The notes under the pieces: model-generated
What the model was told of the DNA's origin: nothing
What the model saw: the letters and a program-made list of their open reading frames with translations, nothing else
Database searches by the model: none
Position numbers and translations under genes: made by a program
Source of the DNA: Leptolyngbyaceae cyanobacterium
GTDB lineage: Bacteria; Cyanobacteriota; Cyanobacteriia; Cyanobacteriales; Aerosakkonemataceae
NCBI GenBank assembly: GCA_036703985.1
Contig: DATNQN010000123.1
Span: forward strand, 62,816 to 126,815
Length of the DNA stretch: 64,000 nt
Direction of reading: 5' to 3'
Part shown: positions 1 to 7,479 of the stretch, piece after piece
How the letters are laid out: every line of letters starts with the position of its first letter
How positions within the stretch are numbered: position 1 is the stretch's first letter

Positions 1-304
1 AACCCTAAACTGTTGATTGGTTCCACAATCGCTTCATCCAGAAACGGTGACAAACCTTGCTGATACCAAGGTTTTTCTTCTTGTCCTTGCTGAAGTTGTT
101 GCCTTTCTTCCTCAGTCAACTCCTGCCAAGGAAAAATCACGAAATCTTTTGGCAGTTGATATTTTTTAATCCAAGGAATTTCCGGGATTCTTTCTGCTTC
201 TGCTTTAACTAAAATGAGCGAAACTTTCGGCGGTTTCCAACCTTGGCGTTGTAAGATTGGTTTTAATGCAAGTTGGGTGATTTCAGTCCAAGAGTGTAAG
301 GGCA
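1..304 (-). CDS. Partial hypothetical protein running off the window start (N-terminus at 304; MPLHSWTEITQLALKPILQRQGWKPP...)
   Basis: Open reading frame read by hand on the minus strand from ATG at 302-304 to position 1 without a stop. Not in the ORF track because it is edge-truncated. It overlaps the 3' end of the DUF29 gene in another frame. No recognisable domain. Confidence 0.3.
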
Positions 305-703
305 TTCTAGAGGAAAATTCACCTTATTTTGAGTTTTAATTTTCACAAATCCTAACGCATCTTGATAAATAGAATTTAATTCGCTAGCCAAATAGTTACG
401 AAGATTAGTAGTCAGCCTACGTCTCAATTGTACTCGAAAAGAATAGATTTCTCCCTGCCAGTGAACTGCGTTATACTCTAATTCACTTGTCCAATATTGC
501 AATAATAATAAATGACGGATTACCTGCTCTAAAAGGCTAGCCACTGCATTTTTCTTTTCTTGACCCAATTCTTCTAATTCCTCAATTAAATTCTCTAAAT
601 CCAGGGCGTTAAATTGCCGATTTTTAAGCAGTTTTATCGTTGACTCTAACCATTGAGAATCGTCTATTTCGTAAAGAGGTTTTAAATCAGTAACGCTCAT
701 CAT
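263..703 (-). CDS. DUF29 family protein (cyanobacteria-abundant small protein)
   Basis: Motifs LKPLYEIDDSQWLE...NRQFNALDLENLIEELEELGQ and C-terminal ECPYTL are typical of DUF29. The likely start is MMSVTDL at about 703, with a GAAAGGTG ribosome-binding site just upstream. The ORF-track start at 778 is probably too long. Confidence 0.7.
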   Translation of the reverse strand: MMSVTDLKPLYEIDDSQWLESTIKLLKNRQFNALDLENLIEELEELGQEKKNAVASLLEQVIRHLLLLQYWTSELEYNAVHWQGEIYSFRVQLRRRLTTNLRNYLASELNSIYQDALGFVKIKTQNKVNFPLECPYTLGLKSPNLH

Positions 704-780
704 CACCTTTCCCTTCAAGCTTGTGTTTGCTGTTCTAGCACAAACCTGTAAATTCGCTATTGGATAAAGAACGGGCATTG

Positions 781-860
781 AATAACTGATGCTACATTTA
801 TGGTAATCCCAAAGTGGCGAAAATGGGTCATGGCTTTTTCTATGATTTTATTAATATCGA
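781..860. repeat. ~75-bp dispersed repeat (second copy at 1905-1985) located upstream of the DUF29 and Uma2 gene starts
   Basis: gctacatttatggtaatcccaaagtggcgaaaatgggtcatggctttttctatgattt vs gctacattcatggtaatcccaaagcagcgaaaattcgtcacggttttttctatgattt (about 85% identity). Confidence 0.6.
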
Positions 861-1042
861 TTACTTAAATGTTTGCTACAGATGCTTGGGTTGGACGGGT
901 TTTGACTTTCATCTTAATTACTAGGAATTTCAATCTTTTGGCTTATGTGTCAAGGAAGAACTAGGTTAAATTTTATAACAGTAGTCAAAGTGCGATCGCT
1001 TTCTGATTCAAATTATTTGGGGTAAAGTGCGAGCGCTATCTA

Positions 1043-1726
1043 CTACTTCGCTAATTGTTGCACAAAATCTTGATGTGATTGACTTGCCAAACCTTGTTGC
1101 AAAACCTCTAAAACTTTAGCTAAATTTCCCGCTAATAAAGCCGCTTTATCTAACCACAATCCGGGGAAAATTTGCGAATAAATTATCCCATTGCTATCAG
1201 GTTCAAGTTTAATATATTCTCCGGCATTTAACCTAAACCAATCAAATTCACTATCTAAAACTCGCCAAACTAAATATTCTTGTACCCCATTCCGACGATA
1301 AACCTTTAGCTTTTGGTTAAAATCAATTGACACAGTACTGGCAGCAATTTCTACGATTAATTCTGGCGCACCTTCGACATAACCATCCTGACTAATAGTA
1401 GATTGTCCGCCTACGGCAATTCTTAGTAGTGCATCAGGTTGAGGTTCGTTATCCAAATCGAGCCTAACAGTACAATTATCTCCTAACTGTAGGTTGGGGG
1501 TAAAGGCTTTGTAGAAACTTAGCCATCCTATAATGTCAGCATGGGGTTCGCCATGTTGCGTAATTCTCAAGGCAGATGCCATATAAACTACTCCTTCGAT
1601 TAATTCTGCCTTTTTTAGATCGGGCATTGCATTATAGCGGCGTTCAAATTCTACACGGGTTAGTTGGTCGCCGTTTTCTAATGGTGGCAGAGTTGTAGTC
1701 GGAGAAAAGGTAGTAGAAGTAATCAT
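1043..1726 (-). CDS. Uma2 family endonuclease (DUF820, putative restriction-endonuclease-like)
   Basis: RVEFERRYNAMPDLKKAELIEGVVYMAS...PELIVEIAAS...YLVWRV is the characteristic Uma2 signature. Paralogs lie at 29820..30371 and 46187..46879. Confidence 0.8.
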   Translation of the reverse strand: MITSTTFSPTTTLPPLENGDQLTRVEFERRYNAMPDLKKAELIEGVVYMASALRITQHGEPHADIIGWLSFYKAFTPNLQLGDNCTVRLDLDNEPQPDALLRIAVGGQSTISQDGYVEGAPELIVEIAASTVSIDFNQKLKVYRRNGVQEYLVWRVLDSEFDWFRLNAGEYIKLEPDSNGIIYSQIFPGLWLDKAALLAGNLAKVLEVLQQGLASQSHQDFVQQLAK

Positions 1727-2323
1727 AGTTTTGGGGGAAGCGATATTGCCGCACTGCTACGCGATTGCACGAAGCGCAGCGCCAGAGGCGATCGCTAATC
1801 ATCCTAACAAATTGCTGATATTATGCGATCGGCTTTGGCTGAAAAGGATGTAATGAAATCGCATTTGCCCCCATAACAATCAACCATATCAAACAGGGCA
1901 TTAAATACCTTACGCTACATTCATGGTAATCCCAAAGCAGCGAAAATTCGTCACGGTTTTTTCTATGATTTCAGTAACTATGGCAGCTATTTTCGGGCAT
2001 CCGGCTTTCTTGAGACTGGGTAACAGCTTAGAGGAATGTGCTAGGAAGTACAAAGGTTTTTGCCAGAAGTATAAACCCAAGAGGAAGAACCCAAGCAAGT
2101 GCCATTGGGGTAGTAGGCTACTTGCTGGGTTCATCTCACAAACAATGGTTCAACCACCAACCCCAAAAAGTCGCAGTCCCATTTTGCCTCAAGCAAGTGC
2201 CAGGTAACGGAAAACTCCGAACTGACTCATGTTGTACGTCAATTCATCCAGGCGAATAGAGCGGTAAATGAGGTGGAAAAAGACTTTTGATATGAATTGA
2301 GGTGAGTGATAGAATTAGGCTAA

Positions 2324-2464
2324 TTACTCCGCGTCGTCGCCCGCAAAAGGAGGAAGTATAGCGGTTATAAATGATGCGCTTGCTCCTTTTTCTCCCGACA
2401 AAGTTGCATTAGTTTCTCGTTGCACAGGAGCAACTTGTTGGGGGCGTAAGTTTTTCTTAGTCAT
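2324..2464 (-). CDS. Cyanobactin-type precursor peptide (anacyclamide AcyE-like): MTKKNLRPQQVAPVQRETNATLSGEKGASASFITAILPPFAGDDAE
   Basis: Hand translation of the minus strand; the ORF is too short for the track. The N-terminal MTKKNLRPQQVAPVQRE and C-terminal FAGDDAE closely match my recollection of the Anabaena anacyclamide precursor AcyE (MTKKNIRPQQVAPVERE...FAGDDAE). The core ends in Pro-Pro, the usual requirement for PatG-type macrocyclisation. The gene is divergent from the PatA-like protease gene. Confidence 0.65.
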   Translation of the reverse strand: MTKKNLRPQQVAPVQRETNATLSGEKGASASFITAILPPFAGDDAE

Positions 2465-2915
2465 GGTTTTTCTTGACTCATAACTTGGGTTGAATTAATC
2501 ATTGGCTTGATTAATTTATTTGTCAAGGGGAGTCAGGTTAAGTTTGATAACAACTTATTACTTATTACCTAAAGGCTAACCCCAACGACTTGCTCAGGAA
2601 ATTGAGCGGGAGTGCGATCGCCACTTAGTCTATTCTTGACAACTTGAGTTAGTATAAACCCTGCAAAGAAACCCGATTAAATGTGTTTATCCTTGGCTTT
2701 AAGTCTTCCACCTGGGGTGATTCATCTGCCAAAAGAGAGATAATTGGACAATCATTGTAAAGCTTTATTTAAGAATAGGATAAAGGTGTCAAAAGACTCG
2801 ATCGAGGGGCATAAGTCAATCACCCAATGGTGAAGTTTTATAAATAAATTACAGAGTGACAGCCACTCATAGTAAAATCTTGAACTTAGATTGCCCAAGC
2901 ATTTTTAATTAATAA

Positions 2916-4895
2916 ATGCCTGACCCTAAACAAATTCCAGGAATACAACAACTATGGGCAGAAACTCAAGGCGACTCCACCATTTGCATTGCCGTCCTTG
3001 ATGGGGTAGTTGACCAAAATCACCCTTGTTTTACAGGGGCATCTTTAACGCGACTGCCTACTTTAGTAGCCGGGGAAGCTAGCACCGATGGTTCCATGTC
3101 CGCACACGGTACCCACGTTGCCAGTATTATTTTCGGTCAACCCGGTTCTCCCGTGCGGGGAATTGCACCCAAATGTCGCGGTTTAATCGTTCCCGTCTTT
3201 GCAGATGAAAGACTGAAGCTATCGCAACTCGACTTATCCCGCGCCATTGAACAAGCCATCAATGCCGGGGCGCACATCATTAATATAAGTGGCGGACAAC
3301 TCACCGACGAAGGAGAAGCAGAAGGCTGGCTAGAAAAAGCCGTGCGTCTGTGCAACGAACATAACGTTTTAATAGTTGCTGCTGCGGGAAACGATGGTTG
3401 CGAATGCTTGCACGTTCCCGCTGCCATACCAACTGTGCTAGCAGTCGGTGCAATGGACGAACACGGAAAACCCATCGACTTTAGCAACTGGGGAGAAACC
3501 TACCAAAGCCAAGGCATCCTCGCCCCGGGTGAAAACATTTTAGGAGCCAAACCCGGAGGCGGTACAATTCGGCTGAGTGGCACCAGCTTCGCCACTCCCA
3601 TTGTCAGCGGAGTTGCCGCCTTACTTCTGAGTATGCAATTGCAAAGGGGAGAAAAACCCAATCCCCAAAAAGTCAGGACAGCCTTGCTAAAGACCGCCAT
3701 TCCCTGTTCGCCAACTGATACCAACGATCCCCATCGCTGTTTAGTTGGCAAATTAAATATTCCTGGTGCTTTGCAATATCTGATAGGAGAAACCGTGTCA
3801 GAAGAATTAGAAACAGTTCTCGCCTCTGGTTGTGGCTGTGGCAGCCCCCAAACCAGTGATACCCTACCCAATAGCCAAATTCCAGAAGAAGTTTTGATAA
3901 TTGAGCCTGCCGAAGTTGTTGCTGCAACTCCCGCACCCATACCAACTTCTAATCCACCCGCATTTACTAATTCATCTACTCCCAGACAGATTACCATGTC
4001 AAATCGCGCCTCTAATTACGTTACTGCCAGCCAAGCACCCAGCGAACTCGCCGATGCCAACTTGGTTTACGCTTTGGGAACCCTTGGTTATGACTTCGGT
4101 ACAGAAGCAAGGCGCGACTCCTTCAAGCAACTGATGCCGGGAGCTACAATAGACAACACAGCGCTCCCCGCCAACCCCTACGATGCGCGGCAGATGGTGG
4201 ATTATTTAGCAGACACTCTTTCGGAAGCTAAAGCTTTAATTTGGACGCTCAACCTAGAATTAACCCCGATTTATGCCATTGAACCAGTAGGCGGTTTTGC
4301 TAGAGATGCCTATGCAGTATTGCAACAACTGCTCGCCGGACAAATCCAACCTGAAGATAACGCAGAATACGTCGAACGAGTCAGCATCCCTGGCGTTTTA
4401 CCTGGGCGCAGCGTCAAGCTATTCTCCGGCCAAGTCGTTCCCGTCATTGAACTTTACAACATTCGCGGACTCTACGGCTGGAAAGTCAACAACTTAGTTA
4501 ATGCCGCGATCAATACTGTACGAGCTACAGCCACAGACGCGCAAGAAGATGCCATCCGTCGCACTCTCAGCAGCTTCCTCAACCGTATTTATTATGACTT
4601 ACGCAATTTGGGCACTACGTCCCAAGATAGAGCGTTGAATTTTGCCGCTACTAATGCGTTCCAAGCGGCGACAACGATCGCCCAAGCAGTAGCAGAGGGA
4701 ATGGAATTAGATAGTATTACAGTAGATAAAAGTCCCTTCTGTCGCCCCGATAGCGATTGTTGGGATGTGAAACTAAAATTTTTCGATCCAGAAAATAGTC
4801 GCCGTGCTAAGAGAGTATACCGCTTTACTATAGATGTCAGCGATATCATTCCCGTTACCTTGGGCGAAGTACGTTCTTGGTCTACACCTAATTAA
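2916..4895 (+). CDS. patA: Cyanobactin maturation protease, PatA/AcyA family (N-terminal subtilisin S8 domain, Pro-rich linker, C-terminal PatA/PatG DUF)
   Basis: S8 catalytic residues are in context: D in AVLDGVVD, H in HGTHVASI, S in GTSFATP. A Pro-rich linker follows. The C-terminal domain (LVYALGTLGYDFGTEARRDSFKQLMP...) matches the conserved PatA/PatG C-terminal domain. The length of 659 aa is PatA-like, and no macrocyclase domain is present. Confidence 0.75.
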   Translation: MPDPKQIPGIQQLWAETQGDSTICIAVLDGVVDQNHPCFTGASLTRLPTLVAGEASTDGSMSAHGTHVASIIFGQPGSPVRGIAPKCRGLIVPVFADERLKLSQLDLSRAIEQAINAGAHIINISGGQLTDEGEAEGWLEKAVRLCNEHNVLIVAAAGNDGCECLHVPAAIPTVLAVGAMDEHGKPIDFSNWGETYQSQGILAPGENILGAKPGGGTIRLSGTSFATPIVSGVAALLLSMQLQRGEKPNPQKVRTALLKTAIPCSPTDTNDPHRCLVGKLNIPGALQYLIGETVSEELETVLASGCGCGSPQTSDTLPNSQIPEEVLIIEPAEVVAATPAPIPTSNPPAFTNSSTPRQITMSNRASNYVTASQAPSELADANLVYALGTLGYDFGTEARRDSFKQLMPGATIDNTALPANPYDARQMVDYLADTLSEAKALIWTLNLELTPIYAIEPVGGFARDAYAVLQQLLAGQIQPEDNAEYVERVSIPGVLPGRSVKLFSGQVVPVIELYNIRGLYGWKVNNLVNAAINTVRATATDAQEDAIRRTLSSFLNRIYYDLRNLGTTSQDRALNFAATNAFQAATTIAQAVAEGMELDSITVDKSPFCRPDSDCWDVKLKFFDPENSRRAKRVYRFTIDVSDIIPVTLGEVRSWSTPN

Positions 4896-5021
4896 TGCTT
4901 CTTTTTGAGTAGGTTGGGTTGTACTGAGCTTCACCCAAGATCGAGTTTCAATAAGTATTGAGTTTTACTTTTTTGAACCCAACCTACAGACTTGTATTTT
5001 GATTAACTTAGAGAGGAAAAA

Positions 5022-5216
5022 ATGAGATTACCCAACCTTTCTCCCCCCGTAAAAAGACCCGATATTATCTATCCTCATCAGGCAGTAGATGTCATTCACG
5101 GAACAGTAGAAGATTTAGTCCGCATTCGGATGGATTTATTGTACGGCGCGAACTTTAACGACCCAGCAGCATTTGCCTATAGAAGTTATCACCAACTTAA
5201 GTCTTCCGGCAGATGA
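5022..5216 (+). CDS. Small hypothetical protein; positionally analogous to the small PatB/PatC-type ORFs of cyanobactin clusters
   Basis: 64-aa ORF with a GAGAGGA ribosome-binding site 7 nt upstream. It sits 127 nt after the protease gene on the same strand. No domain recognised. Confidence 0.35.
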   Translation: MRLPNLSPPVKRPDIIYPHQAVDVIHGTVEDLVRIRMDLLYGANFNDPAAFAYRSYHQLKSSGR

Positions 5217-5269
5217 AATCTCTTATCTAAATCGAGAATAAATCTAAAATTGCCCGGTCAAAATAGAAG

Positions 5270-5515
5270 GTGGAGCAGTCACGCACTATGGCTAAAAGTT
5301 CAGAGAAAAAACAGCCCAAAGAAGCAGTTACAGAAGGGCAAGAAGCTCAGACAGAAAACGCCTCAAAGCCTGAAAACAAACTGGAAGATGCGAAGCAACA
5401 CTTGTTAGCCACCGGATTTAAAGACAATGGCTTTTGGTGGCAGGAAATGCTTAAAGAGCAAAAAGCTTCAGAAAAAGAACAGAAAACATTCCGCAGAGGT
5501 CGAATTTGGTCTTAG
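5270..5515 (+). CDS. Small hypothetical Lys/Glu-rich protein
   Basis: 81-aa ORF (GTG start at 5270, or ATG at 5288), same strand, in the gap between the protease gene and the vWA-like gene. Highly charged and low-complexity. Confidence 0.3.
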   Translation: MEQSRTMAKSSEKKQPKEAVTEGQEAQTENASKPENKLEDAKQHLLATGFKDNGFWWQEMLKEQKASEKEQKTFRRGRIWS

Positions 5516-5572
5516 CAAATCAGTTAGATTTTTGAGAAAGTAAAAAAAAACATATTCAGAGAATAAAAAATA

Positions 5573-7222
5573 ATGGCTGCAACCGCTCGATCTGCAAAAG
5601 AAGCTACCAAAGTCGATTTAGTAATTGTCATTGACACCAGCCCCTCAATGAAAGACAAAATTGACATTCTTAACCACGCTACAGAATCTGCTATAAAAAA
5701 AGCTAGTTTAAGCTGTCCGTGCGATTTGCGAATTGAGTGGTTCGGCATTGAGGGAACTTGGGAAAATACTAATTTCCAGCAGACTTTGCGAGAATACCTA
5801 ATTAATAATTGCGGAGTCGATGAAACAAAAATCCGAGGTCGCAAGCGCGGCGAAGTTCCTGGAAACGGCGCACAAGAGGACGGAGCTAGAGCTATAGAAG
5901 ATATTTCAACTTATTTTAATTGGCGATCGGGTGCAACCCGTGCCATTTTTTATTTAGGTGACGAAGCTTTAGAAGGTGGCGACAATACCGAGCAAGAGGA
6001 TATCGAGGCAGCTAATCGCGCCATTGAAACAGCCAGAAGTGCCGGAGTCGTCGTCCATACTTATTTTGGAACACCTAAAAGCAAAGGAGAAGAAAAAACG
6101 GCGGCTGAGTACGTCCGCCTAGCACAAGAGACGGGCGGACACGGTTTTAGGAATCAAAATGCGATTGGTGGTTTTGCTGAGATTCTGAAAACGGTTATTT
6201 GCTCGACTAGAAATAGAGATACTACCCCTCAACTCGTTCCCGTCATCCCTGTTTACTTCGTACAGGCGCAGCATTTGGTTGGTTATTCAGGGACTAGCAC
6301 CCAGTCAAGCCAGAGTTCTACTCCTCAAAATAAGTCGGTTGACTTGGTGATAGTCATCGATACCAGCGTTTCTATGAAAGACGAAGCAGAAGGTTTGAGC
6401 AATGCTGCAGAAGCTGCTATAAAAAAGGCTAGTTCAAGCTGTCCGAGCGATTTGCGAGTTGAGTGGTTTGGACTCGAAGGAACTTGGAAAAACACCAATT
6501 TCCAGCAAACTTTGCGGGACTATCTAATTAATAATTGCGGAGTCGCTGAATCAGAAATCCGAGGTCGCAAGCGGGGAGAAGTTCCTGGTGGCGGAGCGCA
6601 AGAGGATGGAGCTAGAGCTATTGAAGATATCTCGACACACTTTAATTGGCGAGAGGGTGCATCCCGTGCGATCTTTTATTTAAGTGACGAAGCTCTTGAA
6701 GGTGGTGACGATACCGAACAAGAGGATATCGAAGCAGCTAATCGCGCCATTGAAAAAGCTAAAAGTGCTGGAGCGATCGTCCATACTTATTTTGGCACAT
6801 CTAAGAGCAAGGGACGAGACAAAACAGCGGCTGAGTTCGCCCGTGTAGCACGAGAAACAGGTGGACAGGCTTTTACTGACAAAGATGCTTTGGGAGGATT
6901 CGCGGAAATCCTCACCCAAATTATTTGTGCTTCTAGCGAAGCAAAAGTAGAGGAAACGGGACAGTTGATTCCTGTGGTGCCATTATATTTCGCCGCGATC
7001 GCAGGTGGAGCACTTGTCGCCCAATCAACGCAGATGTCAACTGTTAAATCTGCAGTTCCAACTACTGCACTAGCTAGCACTGGAGGATTATTTTCTTTAA
7101 CAGCAGCTAATTTGGTCGCTGCTCCTCAAAGTAGTATCTCAACGACAGCAATGAATATGCCAATCTATATGATGGCAGTCCAACCGACGAATGGGGAAAG
7201 CGATCGAGGGACTTCGGTGTAA
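5573..7222 (+). CDS. Tandem-duplicated vWA-like (MIDAS DxSxS) protein with a C-terminal hydrophobic tail
   Basis: Two repeats of about 240 aa with about 75% identity, each starting DLVIVIDTS(P/V)SMKD (a DxSxS MIDAS-like motif). The C-terminal 90 aa are hydrophobic, Ala/Thr/Ser-rich. The gene is co-directional and tightly spaced after the protease and the small ORFs, so an operon is likely. Confidence 0.5.
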   Translation: MAATARSAKEATKVDLVIVIDTSPSMKDKIDILNHATESAIKKASLSCPCDLRIEWFGIEGTWENTNFQQTLREYLINNCGVDETKIRGRKRGEVPGNGAQEDGARAIEDISTYFNWRSGATRAIFYLGDEALEGGDNTEQEDIEAANRAIETARSAGVVVHTYFGTPKSKGEEKTAAEYVRLAQETGGHGFRNQNAIGGFAEILKTVICSTRNRDTTPQLVPVIPVYFVQAQHLVGYSGTSTQSSQSSTPQNKSVDLVIVIDTSVSMKDEAEGLSNAAEAAIKKASSSCPSDLRVEWFGLEGTWKNTNFQQTLRDYLINNCGVAESEIRGRKRGEVPGGGAQEDGARAIEDISTHFNWREGASRAIFYLSDEALEGGDDTEQEDIEAANRAIEKAKSAGAIVHTYFGTSKSKGRDKTAAEFARVARETGGQAFTDKDALGGFAEILTQIICASSEAKVEETGQLIPVVPLYFAAIAGGALVAQSTQMSTVKSAVPTTALASTGGLFSLTAANLVAAPQSSISTTAMNMPIYMMAVQPTNGESDRGTSV

Positions 7223-7382
7223 GGGGTTTCTGTTTTTCGTAATCTGCCTTGAGCAACGCCTAACGGCATAAAGCCACGAATCACAGCACGCTAATTACGG
7301 AAGAACCGAAATTTCTACATCACGAATAGGATAACTAACTATTCTCCTTGTACAGCAACTATAGCGATCCTATTTAAATAAA

Positions 7383-7430
7383 TAACCCCTCCCAACCCTC
7401 CCCTTGGTAAGGGGAGGGCTAGGGTGGGGT
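7383..7430. terminator. Bidirectional hairpin (CCCTCCCC-ttggtaa-GGGGAGGG) between the convergent vWA-like gene and glmS
   Basis: A GC-rich perfect inverted repeat followed by T-rich sequence on both strands, located between two convergent gene ends. Confidence 0.5.
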
Positions 7431-7479
7431 TTAGTTGTTCGCAATTCATTTACAATCGCTATACATTCCCCATAATTAA

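Noticed and set aside
2634-2662. Possible sigma-70-type promoter (TTGACA ... TAGTAT / TATAAA) upstream of the PatA-like gene
   Set aside because: The spacing between the -35-like and -10-like hexamers is 9-12 bp rather than 16-18 bp. Not supportable.
3137-4134. Track ORFs antisense or out of frame within the PatA-like gene (3137..3487, 3500..3997, 3673..3945, 3901..4134 and others)
   Set aside because: Fully contained in a well-supported protease CDS. Low-complexity translations with no motifs. Typical spurious ORFs of GC-balanced coding DNA.
5573-7222. Considered whether the gene downstream of patA could be a divergent PatD heterocyclase or PatG macrocyclase
   Set aside because: No YcaO motifs, no second subtilisin domain and no macrocyclase signature. 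Instead it shows a tandem DxSxS vWA-like duplication.
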